Source: Candidatus Anaeroferrophillus wilburensis (GTDB lineage Bacteria; Desulfobacterota; Anaeroferrophillalia; Anaeroferrophillales; Anaeroferrophillaceae). Taken from it: 64,000 nt of DNA. The stretch covers positions 493 to 64,492 of the forward strand of contig JAFGSY010000011.1 of NCBI GenBank assembly GCA_016934315.1, written 5' to 3'. Numbering within the stretch: the first letter of the stretch is position 1; the number at the start of each line of letters is the position of its first letter. Below the pieces are notes generated by a model. It saw only the letters and a program-made list of their open reading frames with translations. It was not told the DNA's origin and searched no databases. Shown in pieces: positions 10,353 to 18,487 of this stretch. Position numbers and translations under genes: made by a program.

Positions 10353-10491
10353 TATCTGCCCCAAGGTGTAATCCCTGCCTGAATAAGGAGCTTCACGCAC
10401 TCATACACTGCTGTGTTCACATCGCCGCTCATTCTAGCCGGCAAATCTGGTCGCTTACAAGGCGTTCAACGTCTTATCTTATTCATGCTCA

Positions 10492-11187
10492 TCAGTGATC
10501 CGAAAAATAGATGTTCCCGTAGTAGGAAGTTGCCTTTCCCTTGCTGTTGTCGGTGTCGGTCATCAAAGCAATGGCGTCGATGTAGCGAATATCCTTGGCG
10601 AACAACTTTTTGAAATCATCCTTCAGGTTGCGTTTTTCACCATACCAGGTTGCAGCTTTGTCTTCTGTCGACCGCAGGGCCAGCATCATGGCATTTGGGC
10701 CAGCAAAAGCGTTGGGCCAGAAATGATCTTTGGGGGAGCTGGCGGCCCAGACATAGTTGATTGCCAGAGTTTTCCAGAAGAGCAGGCCGCCGTCGACAAC
10801 CACATAGACCCTGGCGGCATAATCGTTGCCGGCCTTGCTTTGTTCATTGAGCGGCGGGAGGCGGTTTTCGATGCGCCACTGCCAGCTGAGGTAGGGGGTT
10901 TGCTCCAGATCAATCCTGACCTTTTTAAACAGTCCCGAAGCACTGGCCAGGCTCTCGGCTTTGAGGGCGGTGACTTCGTCAATGGGGCACAGCCGGTAGC
11001 TGGTGGTGCCGGAAAATACCTTGGTCTGCCAGCCGTCCAGCTGGCTGGCGGAAAAATGGCCGACGGTGACTTTTTCCGCATGGGCCAGGCTGGCGGCGCA
11101 GAGGCATAAGAGCAGTGTCAGGGTAAGGATCGGCCGGGCAGCCGATTGAACTGGCTTTGAAAAGAGGATGGTTGTTGTCTGAAACAC
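10492..11187 (-). CDS. DUF3047 domain exported protein
   Basis: Signal peptide ending AHA-E. TPYLSWQW, DYAARVYV, INYVWA, IALMTDTDN. GTG at 11187 lies just after the arsA stop. Confidence 0.8.
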   Translation of the reverse strand: MFQTTTILFSKPVQSAARPILTLTLLLCLCAASLAHAEKVTVGHFSASQLDGWQTKVFSGTTSYRLCPIDEVTALKAESLASASGLFKKVRIDLEQTPYLSWQWRIENRLPPLNEQSKAGNDYAARVYVVVDGGLLFWKTLAINYVWAASSPKDHFWPNAFAGPNAMMLALRSTEDKAATWYGEKRNLKDDFKKLFAKDIRYIDAIALMTDTDNSKGKATSYYGNIYFSDH

Positions 11188-11191
11188 CGGG

Positions 11192-12079
11192 TCAGTAGCC
11201 CAGCATGCCGGCGATCTGCAGCAGCTTTTCCTGGTCGGAGACGTCGCCAACCAGTTCCGGAATGACCTTGATCGTTTCAGCTGTCCGGTCGGCCAGGCTT
11301 TTCTGCCAGCGCAGCTGGTTGTCCCGCTTGGCTTCGAGAAAAGCATTGTCCTGGCAGACTGCCGCCGGCAGCATTTTGTTCATGATGTAGCCGTTCAGGG
11401 AGATGCCGAATTCCTGCAGCGACCTGCCGATGAACAATGACTGCTCAACCGGCAGCCGTTCGGGATTGGTGACTACCCAGGCGGTGGCATCTGTGCGCAG
11501 CATGGTCATGACTTCTTCCGTCAACAGCCGCCAGTTTTGAATCAGCTCCAGAGGGTTGACCTGGTTGAGAACCCCTTTGACCTTCAGGTAGAGTTTCTGC
11601 GCCTGGGTCAGATGGGTGTAGAAGAGCTGCTGGACAAAGAGGAGATTGAGGGTGGTGGTAGTGGGGGCGGTATCCCAGATGATCATGTCATGGCTTCCCG
11701 ATTTGCAGAGCGTCAACACATAATCAAGCATAAACTCTTCGTCGATTCCCGGCGCCCCCTCGATATAGTCGATGATATCCCTGCCCACCGGCAGAAAGGA
11801 GGAGATGACCGTATAGATCTCATCAGCAAACTTTTCCCGCCAGAGCTTCAGGACAACATCGCGGGTCAGTTCCACCACGTCGAGATTATCGGCAACCGAG
11901 GTGATGCCGTGGGCGAAATCCCGGTGAAAAATTTCCTTCAGGGAGCCCGCCGGATCGGTGGAAACGATGACGGTCTTGCAGGTCTGGGCATAATGGAGGG
12001 CGGTGGCCACCGACATGGTGGTTTTACCAACGCCGCCCTTGCCGGTAAACATGATAATTTTAGTGTGCTGGCTAGCCAT
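11192..12079 (-). CDS. ArsA/GET3-family single-domain ATPase
   Basis: GKGGVGKTT, STDPA, PGIDE, WDTAPT, VVTNPE. Confidence 0.88.
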   Translation of the reverse strand: MASQHTKIIMFTGKGGVGKTTMSVATALHYAQTCKTVIVSTDPAGSLKEIFHRDFAHGITSVADNLDVVELTRDVVLKLWREKFADEIYTVISSFLPVGRDIIDYIEGAPGIDEEFMLDYVLTLCKSGSHDMIIWDTAPTTTTLNLLFVQQLFYTHLTQAQKLYLKVKGVLNQVNPLELIQNWRLLTEEVMTMLRTDATAWVVTNPERLPVEQSLFIGRSLQEFGISLNGYIMNKMLPAAVCQDNAFLEAKRDNQLRWQKSLADRTAETIKVIPELVGDVSDQEKLLQIAGMLGY

Positions 12080-12157
12080 TGCCTTTAATCCGTTTTGCGT
12101 TCGAGATGTGGCTACCGGCTTGTTTTCCCGGCCGCCACATCCCGGACAACAGAGATG

Positions 12158-12733
12158 TTAGTAGTTCTCTCCCAGCAGTTCAAAATGGGCCTGGGGATGG
12201 GCACAGGCGGGACATTCTTCCGGAGCGCCACTGCCTTCGTGGAGGTAGCCGCAGTTCCGGCATCGCCAGACAACCGCCTGATCCCGTTTGAAAACCCGGC
12301 CGGCGTCGATATTATTCATCAGATCAAGGTAGCGTTTCTCATGCTGTTTTTCGGCCACGGCAATGGCGGTAAAAATATCGGCGATTGCCGGGAACCCCTC
12401 TTCCCGGGCGATGACCGCAAACTCAGGATACATCACCAGATGTTCATGGTTTTCACCGGCGGCGGCATCCTTGAGATTGTCGATGGTGGAGCCGACAACG
12501 CCGGCGGGAAACGCGGCGGTCACTTCAACGTCGCCGCCTTCAAGGAGCTTGAAGAGCCGTTTGGCGTGCTCTTTCTCCTGGTTGGCGGTTTCCTCAAAAA
12601 TGGCGGAAATCTGAACATAGCCTTCTTTTTTCGCTTTGCTGGCGTAGTAAGTATAGCGGTTGCGGGCCTGGCTTTCGCCGGCAAAGGCGGTGAGAAGATT
12701 TTTTTCGGTTTGGGTTCCTTTCAGACTGCTCAT
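12158..12733 (-). CDS. rbr: Rubrerythrin
   Basis: AFAGESQARNRY, EKEHA, GENHE, EKQHE, C-terminal CRNCG...CPACAHP. Confidence 0.96.
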   Translation of the reverse strand: MSSLKGTQTEKNLLTAFAGESQARNRYTYYASKAKKEGYVQISAIFEETANQEKEHAKRLFKLLEGGDVEVTAAFPAGVVGSTIDNLKDAAAGENHEHLVMYPEFAVIAREEGFPAIADIFTAIAVAEKQHEKRYLDLMNNIDAGRVFKRDQAVVWRCRNCGYLHEGSGAPEECPACAHPQAHFELLGENY

Positions 12734-12795
12734 ATCAACCTCCTGTGGTCTTTTTATGTAAAGAGTTATGGATGGCGCAAGCCATGGTCATTCAA

Positions 12796-12824
12796 TTAAT
12801 AGAGAATGCCTTCCTGAGCGTCAA
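12796..12824 (-). promoter_or_regulatory. Probable sigma70 promoter for rbr
   Basis: Minus strand TTGACG-17 nt-TATTAA. Confidence 0.5.
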
Positions 12825-12885
12825 GTGTTATTTTGGCCGGTGGGCACGCTGGTCATCCGGCGGCTGAAATTTCGTCCAACGCATA

Positions 12886-13017
12886 AAGCCGTCGGGATAT
12901 GGTTTCCGCTCATTCTCGCCAGCCATCCCTGGCTGGCTCCGAGGTGCCCGCCGCGAATCACCATCCAGGTGATTCGTCCGGCACCCAAAACCGCTCGAAA
13001 CCATATTCCGACGGCTT
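12886..13017. repeat. Branched palindromic element (REP/MITE-like or structured RNA)
   Basis: 21-bp terminal inverted repeat (one G.U on the + strand) enclosing two perfect hairpins. Confidence 0.75.
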
Positions 13018-13066
13018 CATTCAGTGCAGACAGGAGGTTTCGACCTGCCTGGCAGGCGTTTCGTGC

Positions 13067-13459
13067 TCAGACGGTGCCAAGATAGGCAATGCAGGAGATC
13101 TCCACCAGGGCTCCTTTCGGCAGCCGGGCGGCTTCGATGGCCTGGCGGGCCGGCTGCGGGTCTGTGGTGAAATAGCTGCCATATACCTCGTTCATGGCGG
13201 CGAAATCCTCCATGCTTTGGAGAAACACCTCTGTTTTGACCACCTGTGACAGCCCGGCGCCGGCGGCCTTCAGCACTGCCTGCAGGTTTTCCAGCACCTG
13301 CCGGGTCTGTTCCTGGATGCCGCCTGCCACCAGCCGGCCGCCGGCTGGATCCATCGGAATCTGGCCGGCCAGAAAGAGAAAATCACCGGCCCGGATGCCC
13401 TGGGAATAGGGCCCGATAGCCTGGGGGGCGCTGCTGGTTGCTATCCTGCTGATTGTCAT
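13067..13459 (-). CDS. ridA: RidA-family enamine/imine deaminase
   Basis: APQAIGPYSQ, GQIPMDP, MNEVY, PARQAI, LPKGALVEISCIA. Confidence 0.92.
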   Translation of the reverse strand: MTISRIATSSAPQAIGPYSQGIRAGDFLFLAGQIPMDPAGGRLVAGGIQEQTRQVLENLQAVLKAAGAGLSQVVKTEVFLQSMEDFAAMNEVYGSYFTTDPQPARQAIEAARLPKGALVEISCIAYLGTV

Positions 13460-13586
13460 TCTGTCTGCCTCCTCTTTTCATTTTCAATCTCTTTTTCTTC
13501 AGCCTTTAACCTTTAACCTCGATCCACATACCATAAATTCCATCCCCCGGCTTGATTATTTATCCGGCATCCATTATACCGTAAGG

Positions 13587-15185
13587 ATGAATTATCAGTC
13601 TCTGATTCCTTATTTGGCGCCACCATTGGTGGGGGCGGCTATCGGTTATTTTACCAACTACCTTGCCATCCGTATGCTGTTTCGGCCGCTGGAGCAGAAG
13701 AAGTTTTGTGGCATCCCGGTTCCCATGACCCCCGGGATTATCCCCGCCAAGCGGAAAGAACTGGCCACCAATATCGGCCGCATGATCGGTGATCACCTGC
13801 TGACCCATGAGGTGATTGTTTCCCGGCTGCAGCGCCGCGATTTTCAGGATGGCATCTATCTGGCCATAGCCCGGCGTTTTCAGGATGTTTTTGAACAGGA
13901 CTTGGGGACCCTCAGCTCGCTCTTCCCGGCTGATTTTCACGGGGATATGGAGCACCTGGTGGACCGCAGCCGCCATTACCTCTATGGTATGGTCGATCAG
14001 CTGGTTGAGCATCCAGCCACTGACCGGCTGGTTGATGATTTCGTCCGGCAGTTAGGCGACCAGCTGCTGGCGGCCAACCTATCGTCGATCATTGATGTAG
14101 ATGCCTATGCCCGTTTTCGTCTGCGTCTGCGGGATGGGTGTGGCAACTGGCTGCGGTCGGACGCTGTCAAAGGCTGGGTCGCCAAAGAATTCGATCAGGG
14201 TTTTTCCCGTCTGCTGGCGACGTCCAAACCCCTGGCCCAGGTTATTCCGAGTGATCTGCGCGAACTGCTGATTGGACAGTTGAAACAGGAACTTCCCGGA
14301 CTGATGGCCAGCCTGAGCCGGCTGCTCTATGATCCCAATATCCGCCAACGGATTAAAAACCGGATCCACCAGGCCATCGATGCCTATGTGAGCAAAATGG
14401 GCTTCTGGAAAAAGTTGCTGGCCAGCTGGGCTTTACAGGAGGACCTACTGGCCAGAAAAATTGATGAGCTGGTAGATGTGGCTGGCGAAGATATTGCCGC
14501 GGCCCTCCAGCAGCCGCAGGTGCAGGAAAAGGTGATGCAGCTGATTGCCGATCGTTTTGATGCTTTTCTGCAGATACCGGTCAATGAGTTGGCAAAGAAA
14601 GTCTCTTATCAGAAGCTGGCGGGCATACGGGACTATCTCAAGGGGAAGTTTCTTGATCTTCTTGGCCGCCAGGAAACGACTGAGCGCTGCTTCACCCTTT
14701 TTGAGCAGCTGCTGATGACTATCCGCGACCGGTCTTTTTCGCAGCTGGCCGAGGCTGTTGGATTTGAAGGGGTTTCGGCGGCGATGGGCTCCCGGATTGG
14801 TGCGCGACTGATTGCCGAGCTGCGTTCATCCCAAGTCAAACGCCACCTGACCAACCATTTCCATGAACTGGTGTGTAACTATTTCTACCAGACGCCGATT
14901 GGCAAACTTTCACTGAAGATTCCCTATGAGGTGCTGGAGCGGGGAATTGCCTTTACCCACCGGAAAGCCTGCAACCTGATGGAAACGGAGCTGCCCAACC
15001 TGACTGACCGGATAGACATTCCGGCCATGGTTGAGGAGCGGATCAACGCCCTGCCGGTTTTACAGGTGGAGGCCCTGCTGATGGATATCATGCGGGAGCA
15101 CTTCACTTATATAAATATATTTGGTGGTGTCCTGGGGGCCATGATCGGCGGCTTCCAGGTTGTTTTTATGCGTTTTTTCTATTGA
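13587..15185 (+). CDS. DUF445-family membrane protein
   Basis: GAAIGYFTNYLAIRMLFRP, PGIIP, C-terminal INIFGGVLGAMIG. Confidence 0.88.
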   Translation: MNYQSLIPYLAPPLVGAAIGYFTNYLAIRMLFRPLEQKKFCGIPVPMTPGIIPAKRKELATNIGRMIGDHLLTHEVIVSRLQRRDFQDGIYLAIARRFQDVFEQDLGTLSSLFPADFHGDMEHLVDRSRHYLYGMVDQLVEHPATDRLVDDFVRQLGDQLLAANLSSIIDVDAYARFRLRLRDGCGNWLRSDAVKGWVAKEFDQGFSRLLATSKPLAQVIPSDLRELLIGQLKQELPGLMASLSRLLYDPNIRQRIKNRIHQAIDAYVSKMGFWKKLLASWALQEDLLARKIDELVDVAGEDIAAALQQPQVQEKVMQLIADRFDAFLQIPVNELAKKVSYQKLAGIRDYLKGKFLDLLGRQETTERCFTLFEQLLMTIRDRSFSQLAEAVGFEGVSAAMGSRIGARLIAELRSSQVKRHLTNHFHELVCNYFYQTPIGKLSLKIPYEVLERGIAFTHRKACNLMETELPNLTDRIDIPAMVEERINALPVLQVEALLMDIMREHFTYINIFGGVLGAMIGGFQVVFMRFFY

Positions 15186-15204
15186 GAACGGGAGCGTGCC
15201 CCTT

Positions 15205-15954
15205 TTAAGGAGCGGCGGTAAAAGTCTGAAGGTTGTGTTCGATTGTTTTACGGGCCTGCTCAGCCAGGGGAGCGATATCTGCAGGCTTGGCATAATCCGG
15301 CGGCATGAGGGGTGCATCGATCTTCAGAGTGATGCTTCCCGGTTTAATGGCCATCGCCCCTTTGGGCTGCAGTTCCCCGGCCCCGACAATGGTTACCGGC
15401 AGGATGGGCAGGCCCAGCTGAGCTGCCAGAATAAAGGCGCCTTTCTTGAAATTGCCGAGTTCTTTTCTGCCGGTTGATCTGGTGCCTTCGGGGAAAACCA
15501 CGATGGAGAGCCCCTTTTCTTTGAGCAACTTACCCCGCTGACGCATGGTGGCGATGGCCTGCTCCCGGTTTTGCCGGTCAATGACGATGCTGTCGCTGTA
15601 GCGCAGGAGTAGACCAAACACCGGGATTTTGGTAAGTTCTTTTTTGGCGACCATTCGACAGTGCAGGCCGGAAGCGGTCAGTAGAATGTAGATGTCGAGG
15701 AAACTGCGATGGTTGGCGATAACCATATACTGGGTGCCGGGTTTCAGGTTTTCGCTGCCGACAACCCGCACACTGATGCCGCTGCCCCTGAGAATCCATG
15801 TTCCCCAGTAATGGGCGCAGAGATTGTGTCCTTTCAGTTTCCAGGCCGGGGGGAGAAGACAGAAAAGGAGGCCCAGGGTGGACCAGAGCAGGGTGCTGAT
15901 TCCCACCAGGAGATTCGAATAGGTGCCGAGTACAAGTTTTTTCAGTAGCTTCAT
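15205..15954 (-). CDS. plsC: 1-acyl-sn-glycerol-3-phosphate acyltransferase
   Basis: NHRSFLD, AKKEL, IDR, FPEGTRS, FKKGAF, PILPVTI. Confidence 0.9.
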   Translation of the reverse strand: MKLLKKLVLGTYSNLLVGISTLLWSTLGLLFCLLPPAWKLKGHNLCAHYWGTWILRGSGISVRVVGSENLKPGTQYMVIANHRSFLDIYILLTASGLHCRMVAKKELTKIPVFGLLLRYSDSIVIDRQNREQAIATMRQRGKLLKEKGLSIVVFPEGTRSTGRKELGNFKKGAFILAAQLGLPILPVTIVGAGELQPKGAMAIKPGSITLKIDAPLMPPDYAKPADIAPLAEQARKTIEHNLQTFTAAP

Positions 15955-16094
15955 GGAGGTTCCGTGGTAGTTTATTGGTGCCAACTGTTGTCTATACCGT
16001 GAGCTGTTGCATATTGAAAGAAAAAACTTGCTTTTCGTGAATAATAGTGGTAGCTTCCTCTCGTTAATTGGGCTCAGACATGCGGAGTTTTCTC

Positions 16095-16126
16095 AAAGTG
16101 GGCTAGGACTGGCCCACTTTTTTTTT
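16095..16126 (+). promoter_or_regulatory. rimP leader hairpin (attenuator/terminator-like)
   Basis: AAAGTGGGC-taggactg-GCCCACTTT plus a T-run, upstream of rimP. Confidence 0.7.
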
Positions 16127-16151
16127 CTTTTTCGCCATGGTTGAACATTGA

Positions 16152-16721
16152 TTGCCCATCCGCTGCTTCGGCATTCCGGATGGCAACGGGAAAGGAATTG
16201 GAACACTGGGCGTCCCAGAAAAGAGAATAGCGCAGGCGTTGGAGAGTATCAGTTTGCTGAGCGGAGAGTTGCTCGAATCCCTTGGCTATGAGCTGGTGGA
16301 CCTCGAGTACGTGACCTCCGGCTCCCGCGGAATTTTGCGGCTTTATATTGATCAGCCGGGTGGGGTTACCCTTGGTGACTGTGCAACGGTCAGCCGGCAG
16401 CTGGGGGCCCTGCTGGAAGTTGAGGATGTCGTGCCCTTCAGCTATATTCTTGAGGTGTCATCCCCGGGGTTGAATCGGCCCCTGAAACGGGCCAAGGATT
16501 TTCTTGCCCATTACGGTCGAAAAATTAAGATTAAAACGAAAGTGCCGGTTGAGGGGCGCCGGCGATTTATTGGCACATTGCAGGAATATGACCAGGAGAA
16601 TAATCGCCTGGTGCTGGCTGCGGATGACGGGTGTCATACACTTGAAGTAGCTAATTTCAGCAAATGTAATCTGGTGTATGAATTTCCAGAGGCGGGTAAA
16701 ACAAAAACAGGTAGGGGATAG
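16152..16721 (+). CDS. rimP: Ribosome maturation factor RimP (start uncertain)
   Basis: LRLYIDQPGGVTLGDC, YILEVSSPGLNRPL; lies before nusA. Confidence 0.93.
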   Translation: MPIRCFGIPDGNGKGIGTLGVPEKRIAQALESISLLSGELLESLGYELVDLEYVTSGSRGILRLYIDQPGGVTLGDCATVSRQLGALLEVEDVVPFSYILEVSSPGLNRPLKRAKDFLAHYGRKIKIKTKVPVEGRRRFIGTLQEYDQENNRLVLAADDGCHTLEVANFSKCNLVYEFPEAGKTKTGRG

Positions 16722-16725
16722 GTTT

Positions 16726-18141
16726 ATGTCTTCCAGTTTGAAATTTATTCTTGATCAGGTCAGCAAGGAAAAGGGTATTCCCAAAGAGATCCTGATTGAG
16801 GCCATTGAATCTGCCATGGTGACTGCTTCCCGTAAGAAGCTGGGCCAGGGGAGAGATATTGAAGCCAGTTTCAACGAAGAGAGCGGTGAAGTCGAGCTGT
16901 TTGAGTTTGTTGAAGTGGTTGAAAATCCAGAGAATTCCTATACTGACATCTCGCTGGAAGAAGCCAGGGAGTTTGATCCTGACGCTGAGTATGGTGACAG
17001 CTTGGGGCTGAAACTGGATACGTCTGAATTTGGCCGCATTGCCGCCCAGACTGCCAAACAGGTCATCATGCAGAAGATCAGAGAGGCGGAGCGGGAAAGT
17101 ATTTTTGAAGAGTTTCATGAACGGATTGGTGAAATTGTCAGCGGTACCGTTCAGCGGATGGAGCGGGGCAACCTGATTGTTAATCTCGGCAAGACCGAGG
17201 CCATCCTGCCTCGGGCGGAAACCATTCCCCGGGAAACGTTTCGCCAGGGTGAACGGGTGCGGGCGCTGCTTCTGGATGTTGAAATGACCGTCAAGGGACC
17301 GAAAATTGTCCTTTCCCGGACGCACCCTAAATTTCTGATTAAATTATTTGACGCTGAAGTGCCGGAAATCTTTGAAGGGATTATCACTGTCCAGGGTGCC
17401 GCCCGTGAACCCGGCATACGGGCAAAAATTGCCGTTTTTACCAATGATCATGATGTGGATCCGGTGGGTGCCTGCGTCGGGGTTCGCGGGTCCCGGGTGC
17501 AGAATGTCGTCCAGGAGCTGAAGGGTGAGAAGATTGATATTATCCGCTGGAATCCGGATGATGTCCGTTATGTCTGCAATGCCGTATCGCCGGCCCAGAT
17601 CAGCAAGATTATTCTCGATGAGAACAATCAGGCGATGGAGATTATCGTTCCCGATGATCAGCTTTCGCTGGCTATCGGGCGAAAAGGGTTGAATATTCGT
17701 TTGGCTGCCAAGCTGACCGGCTGGCATCTTGATGTAAAATCCGTTTCAAAAGTAGCTGGTGATTTTGAGCGGCTCTATGAATCGTTGCAGGAGGTTGAAG
17801 GCCTTGATAATGTGACCATGGAGCTGCTTTATGATAATGGTTATCGGCAGCTGGAAGACCTTGTTGCCGCTTCCCCGGAGGAGCTGGAAGAGGTGATTGG
17901 TACCGATGGGGCTGATGCCAAGCAGCTGGTTGCCTGCGCCCAGCGGGCCATAGAGCAGGCCCGCCTGGCGGCTGAACAGCAACGGGAGGAAGAACAGGCG
18001 GCGGCTGAAGCTGCCCTGGAGGTTTCTGAAACTGCTGGTGCCGTTGGTAATCAGGATCCTGTTGCCGATGCCGAGAGTGGTGCAGAGATATCTGCAGAGG
18101 GCGAAGCGGATGTTTTGCCAGCCGAGGGTGATGAACGGTAA
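16726..18141 (+). CDS. nusA: Transcription factor NusA
   Basis: FGRIAAQTAKQVI, LSRTHP, AREPGIRAKIAV, DPVGACVG, SLAIGRKG. Confidence 0.97.
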   Translation: MSSSLKFILDQVSKEKGIPKEILIEAIESAMVTASRKKLGQGRDIEASFNEESGEVELFEFVEVVENPENSYTDISLEEAREFDPDAEYGDSLGLKLDTSEFGRIAAQTAKQVIMQKIREAERESIFEEFHERIGEIVSGTVQRMERGNLIVNLGKTEAILPRAETIPRETFRQGERVRALLLDVEMTVKGPKIVLSRTHPKFLIKLFDAEVPEIFEGIITVQGAAREPGIRAKIAVFTNDHDVDPVGACVGVRGSRVQNVVQELKGEKIDIIRWNPDDVRYVCNAVSPAQISKIILDENNQAMEIIVPDDQLSLAIGRKGLNIRLAAKLTGWHLDVKSVSKVAGDFERLYESLQEVEGLDNVTMELLYDNGYRQLEDLVAASPEELEEVIGTDGADAKQLVACAQRAIEQARLAAEQQREEEQAAAEAALEVSETAGAVGNQDPVADAESGAEISAEGEADVLPAEGDER

Positions 18142-18417
18142 ATGGCGGTGCATAGCGCAGAGCGAACCTGCCTGATCTGCCGTCGGCGAAAACTAAAAGC
18201 CGAGCTTTGCCGTTTTGTCCGCAGTGCTGATGGCCAGCTGATCTATGATCCTGCAGCGCGGGCTTCGGGACGGGGATTTTATTTGTGTTGTTCCGCTGCG
18301 TGCATCGGCAGTTTTGTTAAAAAAACTCAGCACAAGTCGTTGACCAGGTTTCACCTGCGGGGTTTTACCCCCGAAAGTATTCATCTTTTATGTAACAGCC
18401 ACCTGTTGGAGCAGTAA
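18142..18417 (+). CDS. ylxR: YlxR/DUF448 family protein
   Basis: ERTCLICR...GRGFYLC; lies between nusA and infB. Confidence 0.85.
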   Translation: MAVHSAERTCLICRRRKLKAELCRFVRSADGQLIYDPAARASGRGFYLCCSAACIGSFVKKTQHKSLTRFHLRGFTPESIHLLCNSHLLEQ

Positions 18418-18487
18418 CCAACTTGTTGACAGCAGACAATACCTATCCATGTAGTTCAGCATCTTCCGGTGAAAGGGGTGACGCGTT

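Noticed and set aside
10309..15200. Genomic island integrated at tRNA-fMet
   Set aside because: No integrase, no duplicated tRNA 3' end seen, and no obvious compositional shift.
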